Below are positions 18,876 to 29,459 of a stretch of DNA of 64,000 nucleotides, piece after piece. The stretch's first letter is position 1, and each line of letters opens with the position of its first letter. The stretch comes from a virus (taxonomy: Duplodnaviria > Caudoviricetes). The DNA lies in IMG/VR virus record IMGVR_UViG_3300014204_000127, positions 49,898 to 113,897 of that record. The stretch is one strand, 5' to 3'. Both the position numbers and the translations under genes were made by a program. The notes below the pieces were generated by a model that did not search any database, was not told the origin of the DNA, and was given only the letters and a program-made list of their open reading frames with translations.

Positions 18876-21800
18876 TTATATGTCTTTAACGTCCACAAAC
18901 TTTCTGTTTTCAAATTCCCACTCTCGGCGAACTTTTGGCCAATTTTTAACACTGACTATGTAGCCAACCACCCGTGTATAGTAGTCTACAATCTTTCCAT
19001 CACATGTAGGACAGTCTTTAAACTTGCCATGAGTCACATGATTGTTTTCGCACTGGGAATAAACCATGTTAAGAGCGAAGTGCTCAATTCCATTCTCAGA
19101 GGAGTACTCTATCAATTTTTTGGCTTGTATTGGGGACACTTCCTCCCCCACCATAAGGTGCGTAATTGACCCGCCCGTTAAAAAGTTTTCATATAGTCCA
19201 GAAGTCCTAATTCGGTCGAATATTGTAGAATCTTCCCACAAAGGAATGAATTGATTAGAATACATTTTATAGGGAACCAATTCTTTTCCAAATAGGAGTC
19301 TGTCGGCATCTGCCAATCGGACTGCCATAGACTCTCCTGGAATTTGTTCTATATTAACTGCTATATCATACTTTTTTCCCATTTCAAGAACAGTTTTATT
19401 AAAGAACTCTAGGATATCCCTGATAACATCATCGGATTCAATTTTTCCAAAACGATGTTCAAGAATCTCTCTACACTCGGAAATACCTATAATACCAAAA
19501 GTAGAAAAGGTTTTAGCAAGAGGGAGATAGCCATTTTTAATAAATGGTTGCAATCCCGCATCAGTTAGTTTATAAAGTAGAGATTTGTGTGCTTTTAATA
19601 TCTTAGCAGCGTCCTCAATGTAAGTATACAGATTTTTATAGAAGTCTTTATAATTTAGAGGCATTAGAGCCATTCTGGGCATATTTACAGTAACAACCCT
19701 ATGGCTGCCCAAACTAATTGCAACCCCACCAAAACTATTAACTTGTGATGCCATAGACATCATCTCTGCCTGCGACATAGACAATCTACAACACGAGGCC
19801 ACTTTACTTCCACTACTTACGAATATATTGTATCTATATATATCGTATTTATTGCAGAAATCTTCTAAAAATTCTGTATCTATTATTTTCTTCGTTTTAT
19901 CATCTTTAGACAGGTTAATGCTAATAACCGGGAAGCGGAATTGCAAATTTCCCGCACAGGGGTCCCCCTTATCGAAGAAATCAATGAATATCTTCTGAAG
20001 TTCCATAATATACTGTGTTAGATATTCACTATCCTTATTAAAAGAATCAAAATACCAACTCATATCTTCCACCATTTTTTTCAATTTGTGTGAATCGAAT
20101 ATGGATAGGTTAGTAAAAGGGGAATTTCCTGATATAAATGTATTTTTATTTTTATCCCTAAATAGAACAATACCATTTTTAGTGGTGGGGCACCATACTT
20201 TTCCTTTGTATTGTATTTTTTCCTTGCTTTTGAGTGATTTATTGGCTCTTTTCCTTAAATAAACATATATTGTGGAGTTTTTATTTTTTCCTATGTGTCT
20301 TTCGGTTATTGTTGAACCATATCCAGCAATGACTGCCACTTGTTGTAATTGGTTTGCTATGGTATAGTTATCTGCTTGTAATTTTATCTTTTCATCCACT
20401 TTATCAAAAGAACCATGTCCATCAAACTTAGACCAAATATCCAAAACAATTCTTGCCTGCCTTTTTGAAAGAGAACCAAACCATTTGGGAAGTTCTTTTT
20501 TCGTCTTATTCAGTAGTGTGAGCAGTTGTGTTTTCTCTTTCCCCATCAATAAATTATAGATATTACATATATATTTAGTATCTTTGTAGTTATCAGTTGT
20601 TATAGAAAAAACATTCTCTTGTATGGAGTGGGTGTATTTAATATTTAACTTTTGTAACAGCTCTTCTATAAGTTCTTTACCAAATCTCCTATTTGATTTA
20701 CATATCACTACTTTTTCATTAGAATCAATGCAGCCATCTGTTAAAATAATAGTGCACAATTTCAACAAATCATCAGATATATTGTAATCCTCTTTATTAT
20801 ACTCCAGAAAGGCAACTGGAATTGTAAGTGGTGTTTTATTATCAATAAGTTCGCTGGAGGGCTTTAGCCAGTATTCTGTACTGTTATTTTTTTTTGCTAA
20901 TATTCTGTGGTTTGGAGTAACACACTGGTATAAGTCTCTTCCACTGTATTGATGCATTTCTCCATCATAATCAAATATATTTACTTTTTCGATAGGTTTT
21001 ATTTCTAAAACACCCTCTTTCCAAGTATAAACCAAATCCCCTTCTTTTACTTCATTATATTTCTTAAATCCCTCTGTTGTAAGTACTTCTGTATCTATTG
21101 TAAAACATTCACTGCCATTTCTACTTAAATGGTTAAGGGAATGAACAAACTGCTGAAACTCATTTTCAATTAGTTTTCTTATTTTTGGTTTTTTAAGGGA
21201 TTCTATGTCATATCCATCTTTAAGAAGAACATGGCAACAATCCATAAAAAAGGTTCCTACTGCCAAAGCACCAGCCACATGATTTGAAAGTTGATGTAGT
21301 GTCTCACAAAGGGCTGAAATATAGCTCTGAATGTGCTTACTTGGTGCAGAATGCAACTGTCCAAACTTGCGTCCTTCTAGTACAATGGGCATAGCATTAA
21401 GGGCAAAGCAATAAATTCTGTCTGTCTTAGATGCGTCGTGAAGAGCGAGAGAGAAATCATATAAATTCCTAGAAAGTCTTTTTGCTTCTTCCTTTCCATA
21501 TAAATGCTTCATTTCTCTATATAGAATGTCATATCCTATTATCTTTCTGATGGGTATAACTGATTCCTGAAAAATACCTTCCAGTGTCGTATCATTCTTA
21601 TTACTATTATCGTCCACAGAAATATCATTAAGTTTCTGTAGCATAAAATTCTCAACATTGCTTATAAAATCAAACCGTCTTGCATCCATACCATGTATCT
21701 TCAATATGGCATTAGTACACTCTGGTTTTGCGTATACTTCATTAAGCCTGAATAGGAGTTCTTTATAAATGTTCTTCCTCGTCCTATCAGTCTTTGCATC

Positions 21801-21890
21801 AGGTATATATAGATTGCTGTGTTCATCTTGTACTTTAGCTGTTTCGATGTTCTTCTCGTCTTTATTTATATTATTTATATTATTTATCAT
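18876..21890 (-). CDS. nrdD: Anaerobic (class III) ribonucleotide reductase, intein-containing
   Basis: YCFA, SPFTNLSIFD, SCCRL, EQIPGES, CxxxH/CPTC and YTRVVGY glycyl-radical motif. Confidence 0.95.
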   Translation of the reverse strand: MINNINNINKDEKNIETAKVQDEHSNLYIPDAKTDRTRKNIYKELLFRLNEVYAKPECTNAILKIHGMDARRFDFISNVENFMLQKLNDISVDDNSNKNDTTLEGIFQESVIPIRKIIGYDILYREMKHLYGKEEAKRLSRNLYDFSLALHDASKTDRIYCFALNAMPIVLEGRKFGQLHSAPSKHIQSYISALCETLHQLSNHVAGALAVGTFFMDCCHVLLKDGYDIESLKKPKIRKLIENEFQQFVHSLNHLSRNGSECFTIDTEVLTTEGFKKYNEVKEGDLVYTWKEGVLEIKPIEKVNIFDYDGEMHQYSGRDLYQCVTPNHRILAKKNNSTEYWLKPSSELIDNKTPLTIPVAFLEYNKEDYNISDDLLKLCTIILTDGCIDSNEKVVICKSNRRFGKELIEELLQKLNIKYTHSIQENVFSITTDNYKDTKYICNIYNLLMGKEKTQLLTLLNKTKKELPKWFGSLSKRQARIVLDIWSKFDGHGSFDKVDEKIKLQADNYTIANQLQQVAVIAGYGSTITERHIGKNKNSTIYVYLRKRANKSLKSKEKIQYKGKVWCPTTKNGIVLFRDKNKNTFISGNSPFTNLSIFDSHKLKKMVEDMSWYFDSFNKDSEYLTQYIMELQKIFIDFFDKGDPCAGNLQFRFPVISINLSKDDKTKKIIDTEFLEDFCNKYDIYRYNIFVSSGSKVASCCRLSMSQAEMMSMASQVNSFGGVAISLGSHRVVTVNMPRMALMPLNYKDFYKNLYTYIEDAAKILKAHKSLLYKLTDAGLQPFIKNGYLPLAKTFSTFGIIGISECREILEHRFGKIESDDVIRDILEFFNKTVLEMGKKYDIAVNIEQIPGESMAVRLADADRLLFGKELVPYKMYSNQFIPLWEDSTIFDRIRTSGLYENFLTGGSITHLMVGEEVSPIQAKKLIEYSSENGIEHFALNMVYSQCENNHVTHGKFKDCPTCDGKIVDYYTRVVGYIVSVKNWPKVRREWEFENRKFVDVKDI
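20124..21107 (-). mobile_element. Intein (~328 aa) with LAGLIDADG-like endonuclease domain in nrdD
   Basis: Starts CFTIDTEVLTTEG, block B VTPNHRI, LTDGC and KFDGH motifs, ends KVWCPTTKNG...ISGN followed by Ser. Confidence 0.92.
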
Positions 21891-22320
21891 AAAATCGTAT
21901 TTCCCTATTATTTTTTAAATCATAAAATTTTTGATTCGTCTTATTACATGTTAAACCACCTAGTTCTTTTACATAACGTCCTGTCTTTAAATAGTTTAAG
22001 TGCTGTTTAATATCTTCATTTACATCCTCTAATCCGGTATACAATGCCGTTTTTTTATTAAGTTTTTGAACTTCCTTAAGGTATTCAACTAAATCCTTTT
22101 CCCAATCACCACCAAGAAAGCAGACACAGGTTACAAAATTGTCATATTTTTTTATAAGATTCCGTAAGAGTTCTATAGTCAGTTTTCGTGTTTCACTGTT
22201 TCTAAAGTCATTCCAAAAGCAATCTGGACAGTTTAATGTGCATCCAGCTACTGAAAAAGTAAGGCAGATTTCATCAGGAACTTCAGAAAATGTGATGTCA
22301 TATTTATAAATTTGCATCAA
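21880..22320 (-). CDS. nrdG: Anaerobic RNR activating enzyme
   Basis: FSEVPDEI, GCTLNCPDC, FLGGDW, LYTG, LKTGRY...GGL...TNQ. Confidence 0.92.
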   Translation of the reverse strand: MMQIYKYDITFSEVPDEICLTFSVAGCTLNCPDCFWNDFRNSETRKLTIELLRNLIKKYDNFVTCVCFLGGDWEKDLVEYLKEVQKLNKKTALYTGLEDVNEDIKQHLNYLKTGRYVKELGGLTCNKTNQKFYDLKNNREIRFYDK

Positions 22321-23104
22321 GATTCACCATAGTTGTATGGGGTATTTCTAGTAAAGCCCTGTTATCATTAACACGTTTTAATCCTATATTGCAGAATTTT
22401 TCCTCTTTTTCAATACAAATCCAGTTTCTTTTTAGATTGTCACAGGCCACAGCAGTAGTAAATGAACCCGCACAATTATCAAGAACAACATCATTCTCAT
22501 TACTATATGTTTTTATTAAATATTCTATAAGTTCCAGTGGCTTTTGAGCATTGTGCAACTTAGAATAATTATTCACACAAGGATATTCTAAAATATTGGT
22601 GGGATATCTTTCTGTACTTCCCCCTATATAGTTTCTTTTCTTTTTTCCATGATATGTATCACCATTATGGGAACCTATTGCTGAATTTGTGGGTGCATGT
22701 CCTTGTGTCTTTTGTGGAAAATACGTGTTCCCATAAAAGACACAAATTTCTTCTACTTTTCGTATAGGCATTCGTTTGGCATGAAAAAAGTTTGTTCCCT
22801 GATTTTTTATCCAATACCAACAATATTTAAAATCTTTTAAATTGCTGTTTATCAGTTTTGTAGTAAAAGGTTGGGATGCAAATAGAACAATACTTCCGTT
22901 ATTTTTTATAATCCTCTTATATTGTGCCCATAAAATATCTAAAGAAATGGGGCAATCCCACAATGATGCTACCATCCCATAAGGTAAATCGCACAATACC
23001 ATATCAATGGATTCGCTCTGAATCTTTGGCATAATAGCCAAACAATCCCCAAAAAACACTCTATTTTTAAAATTATCTTCCATTTTTTTATTTTTTTCTT
23101 GCAA
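22304..23104 (-). CDS. DNA methyltransferase (N6-A/N4-C, beta class); start probably 23083
   Basis: GDCL, DLPYG, HNAQKP, VLDNCAGSFTT. Confidence 0.9.
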   Translation of the reverse strand: MQEKNKKMEDNFKNRVFFGDCLAIMPKIQSESIDMVLCDLPYGMVASLWDCPISLDILWAQYKRIIKNNGSIVLFASQPFTTKLINSNLKDFKYCWYWIKNQGTNFFHAKRMPIRKVEEICVFYGNTYFPQKTQGHAPTNSAIGSHNGDTYHGKKKRNYIGGSTERYPTNILEYPCVNNYSKLHNAQKPLELIEYLIKTYSNENDVVLDNCAGSFTTAVACDNLKRNWICIEKEEKFCNIGLKRVNDNRALLEIPHTTMVNLDANL

Positions 23105-23186
23105 TATAACAAAAGTATGCTATACTTCACGATTGTTAAGTTAATTAAGTTGTAGGGCATTCCCCCACAATATATTCAGGTATCTT

Positions 23187-23214
23187 ATTATACATAAGAT
23201 AAGGATACAGTCAA
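23187..23214 (-). promoter_or_regulatory. promoter TTGACT-N16-TATAAT
   Basis: Intergenic consensus match. Confidence 0.6.
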
Positions 23215-23310
23215 GGATAAAAAGGGGAAAATAAAATTAATTATTCTCCCATGAGTGTACAGAAAACCAAGATTTATACACACCCTTATGAGTATGTATA
23301 AAACCAAGAT

Positions 23311-23805
23311 TTAACTAGATGTTTTCTTTTTTACGATATTTTTAAGACAACTCTCCAAACCCTTTGAAACCGCCTCTTTTTGTACGGCATATTTATCATC
23401 AATAGTAAATTTCTTTTCATTGTATGCCACAAGCATTTTAGATAATTTGAATAGCTGTCCCTTCTTTTTATATAGATAAACTATTGCTATTGCTACACAT
23501 ATAACAATTACAAATAAAATTGGTACAATAATGACAAGTGTACTGCCATCTACCACAAGATTACTTACATTAATACCCCAACCACCTGTATTAAGATTGT
23601 TGGTACTGTTTTGAGAAAGCTGTTTTGTAACCTCTTTTGATATCTCAGTTTGCAGACTGGATTTGAAATGGGGACTCGCAATATTGGCCTCTACTTCTGC
23701 CTTTACATCCGCCCTTATAGCATCCTTCTCTACACAACCTATTGTATATATAGAAATAAATACACAACATATGATGGTCAGTAACATGTTTTTTAATTTT
23801 ATCAT
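23311..23805 (-). CDS. putative lipoprotein with internal TM helix
   Basis: Signal peptide ending TIGC; second hydrophobic segment. Confidence 0.65.
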   Translation of the reverse strand: MIKLKNMLLTIICCVFISIYTIGCVEKDAIRADVKAEVEANIASPHFKSSLQTEISKEVTKQLSQNSTNNLNTGGWGINVSNLVVDGSTLVIIVPILFVIVICVAIAIVYLYKKKGQLFKLSKMLVAYNEKKFTIDDKYAVQKEAVSKGLESCLKNIVKKKTSS

Positions 23806-23864
23806 AATGTTTTCCTCTACTGTATTATATCCAAGTTAGGGATGTATTTTATTTATTTATTTTC

Positions 23865-24710
23865 CTATTTCATGTTACAATAACGACATAAGATACTATC
23901 ATCCTGTGCTTTATATTTTGCCATAAATTGAATAAATTTATCAGATTTCATAAAATCTTCTGGATTATCATAGTCTAATATGTTTCCCATTATATATTCT
24001 TTATTATAATCATTACAGCACAGAACTATATCCCCATTATATAAAATATGCATCCAATTGTACAACCTGCTGCATATAGGTTGGTTTCTTTTCTTGTGGT
24101 ACGCTTTTTCTATCTGGCCACCCCTATCATTATATTTAAAAAATCTTATATTTTCAGCCTTAAAATTATTGTGTGTCTCTTTTGTGACATAATCGTAAAA
24201 TTCTTCAGCATCATAATATTTTTCAGTGGTGTCGCACTCTATTTCAGGAATACCGCATCCTTGTATTCTAAACTCCATTTTCTTAATCATATAATTAACA
24301 TTATTCCAAACCTTTTCAGGGTCTATTTTCATCATATTTCTATGCTGCTGTCTGGAAGCACCCTGCACACTTACTATTAATCTATATGGGGTATGTATAA
24401 ATGTCTCGGCCAATAAATCTATTTTGTTCTTTGTAAGCAACTCGGCATTGGTAGATATTTCTATAAAGCCAAATTTTAATTCATTTTTTACTATATTTAT
24501 TCTTTCTATGATGTTTTTATCACTAAAAGGCTCGTTCATTAAATATAAGCATATTCTTTCTATATTCTTTACTTTTTTTAAATTGTTTACTATATTCCTA
24601 AAGATAGTGTCATCCATTATAACAGGGTTTTTATTAAACCACGACCCCTCATAAGGACATATACTGCATCGGGCATTACATATGGTTGTTGTTTGTATTT
24701 GTATATTCAT
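23865..24710 (-). CDS. Radical SAM/SPASM-type protein
   Basis: CNARCSICP, NEP, STN, GDIVLCCND, CRYC. Confidence 0.9.
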   Translation of the reverse strand: MNIQIQTTTICNARCSICPYEGSWFNKNPVIMDDTIFRNIVNNLKKVKNIERICLYLMNEPFSDKNIIERINIVKNELKFGFIEISTNAELLTKNKIDLLAETFIHTPYRLIVSVQGASRQQHRNMMKIDPEKVWNNVNYMIKKMEFRIQGCGIPEIECDTTEKYYDAEEFYDYVTKETHNNFKAENIRFFKYNDRGGQIEKAYHKKRNQPICSRLYNWMHILYNGDIVLCCNDYNKEYIMGNILDYDNPEDFMKSDKFIQFMAKYKAQDDSILCRYCNMK

Positions 24711-25247
24711 TTATTTTATGGCCTTTACGTTCAAATGCCAATCCTCACTATCATTTCCTTCTTTATATTCCTTAATATTCAGAAAACCACAAGAAAATAA
24801 CAAGTCCCTTAGTGTACCGAATGTATATCCCCACAGGTGTCTGCTATATTTGCCTCCAGTTTCCTCTCTGTCCCAACCATAAAATCCTGCCATAGCGTGT
24901 TCTGGTTGGTTGTTGAGATTGCTTTTTGACATGCCCAGCAATTGCTTTGCGTGAAATTCTATATTGGGCACAATTATATGAAGTGTGCCCCCTTTTTTTA
25001 ATATATCGTACCAGTTTTTAATAACATTTATCGCCTCCTCCTTTGTAAAATGTTCTAAGACGTGTCTGGCGTATATTAAATCTACTTTCCCTATATACCT
25101 ATCGTCGTCTATGGGATACCTGCTGTCCCACACTATATCAGGGTTTACTTCTCGTCTAATGTCTGTATTGATGTACCCATCTATTTTTTTATTACTGCAA
25201 CCTATATTAAATTTTACTTCTTTTATGTCTTTTATGTCTTTTTCCAT
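24711..25247 (-). CDS. SAM-dependent methyltransferase (glycan-cluster type)
   Basis: NIGCS...GYINTD, HVLEHF, LKKGG.LHIIVPN. Confidence 0.85.
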   Translation of the reverse strand: MEKDIKDIKEVKFNIGCSNKKIDGYINTDIRREVNPDIVWDSRYPIDDDRYIGKVDLIYARHVLEHFTKEEAINVIKNWYDILKKGGTLHIIVPNIEFHAKQLLGMSKSNLNNQPEHAMAGFYGWDREETGGKYSRHLWGYTFGTLRDLLFSCGFLNIKEYKEGNDSEDWHLNVKAIK

Positions 25248-25259
25248 TTTTATCCCATC

Positions 25260-26282
25260 TCATCTTACTGACATATTATCTATTAAAGGGTTTTGATTAT
25301 TATAAAAAACTGTACCAGGAAAAGAACAAAACCTATAAAAACCACTTACTCTCATTTTTCCACTATTTCTTTTTATAAAATCCAGTGTCATTTGCTTCTC
25401 TTGTGGTGTTTCAGTAGGCATATCATACATAAAGGAACAATATACTGGAAGACCTATCTTATTTGCAATATTTATTGCATTTTGATTGATTTCAACTGTA
25501 CTCTTTTTATTAAGTAGTTTCAGTATCCTGTCACATCCACTTTCTGCACCAAATCTAACTCCCTTAAATCCCATTTCTTTCATTTTTATACATATATCGT
25601 CATTGAACATGTTTGCTCTGATAAATGACCATAATTGCAATCTTTTATTATAACCCCTCTTCATCCATAATTCATATATCTCATAAAATCTTTTAACATT
25701 GCCGATAAACAGGTCATCCATTATATAAAGCCATTTTGCACTCGAACCGTATTCTATCAATAGGTGTTCTACTTCATTAATAAAATATTCTGCTGAAACA
25801 TACCTTACTTTTTTCCAATACTCAGTTGAACTACAAAAAGCACAGTCATAGGGGCACCCCCTGGAGGTAAACAAAGGTACTTTCGCCTCTCTAAGACTTC
25901 CCCTTTTTGGGAAATTTAAAGTATTTAAATCAGTAGTATAACACTCCAATATTCTGTTTTCGGTTCCGTCTATTATGTCCTGTAGTGATTTTTCACCATC
26001 CCCTTTAACAATGTGTTTAAAAGGGTATTTTTCCAAATCCCCCCACAGTGTAGACTGTCCTCCAATTATAACAGGGATGTTAGTTGTACTTAATATATCT
26101 ATTGCCTCTTTTATACCATGTGCTGTTGCCGATATGCCTATATAATCACAATCTTTTAAATTATCTCTGTTTTTTTCAAATGAAATATCAGCGTTTTTAA
26201 CATTGGTCATTAGATAGCCAATACTAAGAGGAATTTCACTTTCCGGCCTTTCTGAGCCACAGGAATACAATTTAATTTTCAT
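25260..26282 (-). CDS. Cobalamin-binding (class B) radical SAM protein
   Basis: PLSIGYL, IIGG, GDGE, TSRGCPYDCAFC, DDLF, GAESG. Confidence 0.88.
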   Translation of the reverse strand: MKIKLYSCGSERPESEIPLSIGYLMTNVKNADISFEKNRDNLKDCDYIGISATAHGIKEAIDILSTTNIPVIIGGQSTLWGDLEKYPFKHIVKGDGEKSLQDIIDGTENRILECYTTDLNTLNFPKRGSLREAKVPLFTSRGCPYDCAFCSSTEYWKKVRYVSAEYFINEVEHLLIEYGSSAKWLYIMDDLFIGNVKRFYEIYELWMKRGYNKRLQLWSFIRANMFNDDICIKMKEMGFKGVRFGAESGCDRILKLLNKKSTVEINQNAINIANKIGLPVYCSFMYDMPTETPQEKQMTLDFIKRNSGKMRVSGFYRFCSFPGTVFYNNQNPLIDNMSVR

Positions 26283-26829
26283 TTATAAAAACCTTTCCAG
26301 TCTCTCTCATAAACTCTCTTTTCATTGTACTACACTGTCTTACTTCTCTTGTGGCATACTCACATAGAGAGAAATCATATTTTTTAAACATATCTATCCA
26401 ATAATCCTCTGTTCTGCAATTAACATGATGATGTCCATTTTTTCCAGGAAGTGCGTGTGTCATGCAAATCACTTTACAGTTCTTTAATGTCCTAAATACA
26501 TTAACTAAATAAAGTTCTTCAATGTGTTCGAAAAACTCTACAGACCAACAGAGGTCAAAAAATCCTGTAATAATTCCAGACTCTGAATAATCATTACACA
26601 CCCCCACTATATTTTTGGACTGCCATGTTTTAAATAATGACATGTCGCCGTCTATTCCCAAACAAGAAACACCATTGTTTTTGGCTATTTCTAGCATACC
26701 ACCAGGGCCACAACCAATATCTAAAAATGTCTGGGGTTTAAATGTTTCTAATAAATAACTAAAAGCCCCCTCATCCAGATGAGTCACATTCTCATGACCC
26801 CCGAGATGAGATTTTTTTGAGTGTATCAT
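26272..26829 (-). CDS. SAM-dependent methyltransferase
   Basis: LDIGCGPG, SVEFFEHI, GHHHVNC...YW. Confidence 0.85.
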   Translation of the reverse strand: MIHSKKSHLGGHENVTHLDEGAFSYLLETFKPQTFLDIGCGPGGMLEIAKNNGVSCLGIDGDMSLFKTWQSKNIVGVCNDYSESGIITGFFDLCWSVEFFEHIEELYLVNVFRTLKNCKVICMTHALPGKNGHHHVNCRTEDYWIDMFKKYDFSLCEYATREVRQCSTMKREFMRETGKVFINEN

Positions 26830-26843
26830 TGAATCTTATCTTT

Positions 26844-27494
26844 CTATAGTGTTTTTAATATCTTTTCAGCAAAATCAAAATCATCTGGATAATCTATATC
26901 TATATTTTCAATAGATGACAAAACCTGAAAATAGGGGTTGTCCCCCAATCTTCTTCCTTTTTCTATCTGTTCTTTTGTAAAAATATAAAAACCCGAGGTT
27001 TCTATGTAAATTGGCTTCAAATCCTGTGTTTTTTGTCTATTTAGAGGAGTAAAATTTAAAGGCTTTCCATCAAACCAAATAAATGTCTGATGTTTCTCAA
27101 CAGAAGCAGCTGAATCATATTGACCCCCTGCCACCATGTCTATTGCGTTTTTTATAGAACTACTTTTTAAAAAAGGGGATGTTGTGTGTGCCAATATATA
27201 CAGGTCGGCATCTACCTTGTCCACAAAGTCCCTATAAATAGAAATACCTAGTGTATTATCGTTGTCCAGACAGGCAGGACGTTTCAAAAAAGTAGCCCCT
27301 TTTGGAAGTATGTCTTCTAGTACTGGGTCACTAGAAAAACCAAAAACACCATCCAAATAATCTATATCAAGAAGTGTTTCAAATATGTATCTGCACAATG
27401 GTTTATCGCCCAATAGTTTTAAATTTTTCTTTGGTGTTCTTTTACTGTTAAAACGAACAGGCGAAAAAGCCACTATTTTTTTTGAATTATACAT
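26844..27494 (-). CDS. neuA: CMP-nonulosonate (acylneuraminate) cytidylyltransferase
   Basis: PVRFNSKRTPKKN, HTTSPF, TQDL.P.YIETSGFYI, DIDYPDDF. Confidence 0.88.
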   Translation of the reverse strand: MYNSKKIVAFSPVRFNSKRTPKKNLKLLGDKPLCRYIFETLLDIDYLDGVFGFSSDPVLEDILPKGATFLKRPACLDNDNTLGISIYRDFVDKVDADLYILAHTTSPFLKSSSIKNAIDMVAGGQYDSAASVEKHQTFIWFDGKPLNFTPLNRQKTQDLKPIYIETSGFYIFTKEQIEKGRRLGDNPYFQVLSSIENIDIDYPDDFDFAEKILKTL

Positions 27495-27511
27495 TTTTAA
27501 ACCTTTTTTAG

Positions 27512-28246
27512 TTATTTGTATATATCAGCGTCATTCAGAGATATGTATGGAAATAAGTCTTTTATTGCCGAATCAGCAGAACAATTAATAACCTCTATAC
27601 CGTTATTTTTGTACCAACTGCTTAGACTATCCCATGCTGGAAAATGGTATTTATCCAAATTTGGAAGATTTAAAACATCTCCTTTTTGTAAATAACCTTC
27701 AAACCCATAATTAATATTAGTAGGGTTATTGCCTACAATCACCCTTTTACCCCCTATCCGCTTTAATCCCTTCTCTCGTTTATGGTTTAAATCAATGCCA
27801 ATCAAATATAATCTGTTATATCCCAGAGCTATGGCTATCTGACAGCAATTGGCTCCCGTACTGCCCACATTTTCAAAATAATATTTGCCATCCTGTGGTA
27901 ATTTAAATCTAAAAGTTGGCTCAGTCCATCCAGTTTGTATTATCTTTTTGTTTAATGGTTTTTTATCTTTTTTTGTTATTCGTGGGGCATAAAAACATTT
28001 TAATCTTTCATCAGATTTTTCAACATAATCTATAAAATTATTATTATGATGTGAACACACTAGTTCATCAAAACACCCATGATATGTTGGGAACCACCCT
28101 ATTGATAAAAAATGGCGGTATGCACTGTTCATACCAAAAGAGGCTATTTTAACTCTTTTTAAATCCAATTCGGATACTGATGGCCCGTTTCCTATTATAA
28201 GTATACTCTTATTCAAAGTTAACACCCTTAAAATACCCACTGTCAC
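27512..28246 (-). CDS. DUF115/Maf-like (sialyltransferase-like) protein; start probably 28216
   Basis: IIGNGPS, GMNSAY, QIAIALGYNRLYLIGID, VINCS. Confidence 0.7.
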   Translation of the reverse strand: MTVGILRVLTLNKSILIIGNGPSVSELDLKRVKIASFGMNSAYRHFLSIGWFPTYHGCFDELVCSHHNNNFIDYVEKSDERLKCFYAPRITKKDKKPLNKKIIQTGWTEPTFRFKLPQDGKYYFENVGSTGANCCQIAIALGYNRLYLIGIDLNHKREKGLKRIGGKRVIVGNNPTNINYGFEGYLQKGDVLNLPNLDKYHFPAWDSLSSWYKNNGIEVINCSADSAIKDLFPYISLNDADIYK

Positions 28247-28889
28247 TTAACAATATAAATTCATCTCTTGTCAAATGCTGTACATAAAAAGATTTGTCCC
28301 CTATTGGTATAGGTCTGTTTCTCCCCCCTCGCATTGACATATATTGAATATCTTGTTTATTGTATTCTTTTAAAGACAGGAACTTTAATTCAGGTCTATT
28401 GTATAAATAACCCTCATTACCACATAGAGAAAGGTACATGTTAATAAATTTTAAAATATAGTCTCTTTGAATAAAAACCAGACTCTGTTCTATTTTGTAA
28501 TTGTGGTCAAAAAACCCCACCAACATTTTACATTGTTTTTCCTCTATGTCACTATACAACGAATCAACCCAATTACCAAAACAAAAACAATCCTCCTCTT
28601 TATATATGAAATCAGTGCCGTTCATGTAAGCACAAAGTGCCCCGTGCATGAATGCCAACCACCACCCACTAAAAGGAGTATTTTCTTTTAGATTTTGAAC
28701 ATGTCCGTAGTTGTGGGTATAATTATGCCAATTACATTTATAATCTGTGACATATTTGTCTCCCCCTGTATTGATTATCTCAATAGATTGGGGATTTGAA
28801 TTTTCTAAAGTATTATAGACCCACAAGTTAAAAAAAGCAAAATTATTCTTTTTATAGTTACCAGATGTTATTGTGTATTTATTACTCAT
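28209..28889 (-). CDS. putative glycosyltransferase-fold protein
   Basis: DFIYKEEDC (DxD-like); cluster context. Confidence 0.5.
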   Translation of the reverse strand: MSNKYTITSGNYKKNNFAFFNLWVYNTLENSNPQSIEIINTGGDKYVTDYKCNWHNYTHNYGHVQNLKENTPFSGWWLAFMHGALCAYMNGTDFIYKEEDCFCFGNWVDSLYSDIEEKQCKMLVGFFDHNYKIEQSLVFIQRDYILKFINMYLSLCGNEGYLYNRPELKFLSLKEYNKQDIQYMSMRGGRNRPIPIGDKSFYVQHLTRDEFILLSDSGYFKGVNFE

Positions 28890-28890
28890 T

Positions 28891-29244
28891 TTATATTAAC
28901 AGCGTAAATATTGCACCAATTGCCGCACTAATCAATCCCTTTTTAATAGCCTGTCCATATTCATACATCTGTTGATTATATTCATTGGCTTTAGTTATAA
29001 AGGCATTACCTATTGTAATCCATTGTTCATCACTACTATTTTCTCTCAGTAGCTTTTGAGCCTGTAACATTGAATCAATATCATCTGAAAATAGATTGTC
29101 TAACACAACTTGTGCCTGTAATTTACCCATTTTAATCAATGCTGGTATAATTGGATTAATAAGGTCTATAAATTTCTCAAGATTACTATCACCCAAATCT
29201 AAAGAAACCGTCTGGTCATCCGTAATATTTATAGCTATTGTCAT
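28891..29244 (-). CDS. hypothetical protein
   Basis: Co-oriented ORF, hydrophobic C-terminus. Confidence 0.65.
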   Translation of the reverse strand: MTIAINITDDQTVSLDLGDSNLEKFIDLINPIIPALIKMGKLQAQVVLDNLFSDDIDSMLQAQKLLRENSSDEQWITIGNAFITKANEYNQQMYEYGQAIKKGLISAAIGAIFTLLI

Positions 29245-29256
29245 AATTATACAATC

Positions 29257-29448
29257 CTAAGACATGTCCCTAGTTCTAACATCGGGTTCTGAACCAAGTT
29301 CCAGTTTACTTATTGTATCTATTATAAATTGTAGTGCTTTCTCCTTTTCTTCTTTTGTTCCATCTAACGAATCAACACAAATAGTAATGATTCTTTCATC
29401 ACTTCCTCTAACTGTTTTGTGTGTAATATTTAAACCCACTGTACTCAT
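29257..29448 (-). CDS. hypothetical protein
   Basis: AGGAG RBS. Confidence 0.6.
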   Translation of the reverse strand: MSTVGLNITHKTVRGSDERIITICVDSLDGTKEEKEKALQFIIDTISKLELGSEPDVRTRDMS

Positions 29449-29459
29449 TTTATTTCTCC

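Noticed and set aside
23248-23313. Two imperfect tandem copies of atgagt...aaaaccaagattta
   Set aside because: Only two degenerate copies and no assignable function; not enough to call a mini-array or late promoter.
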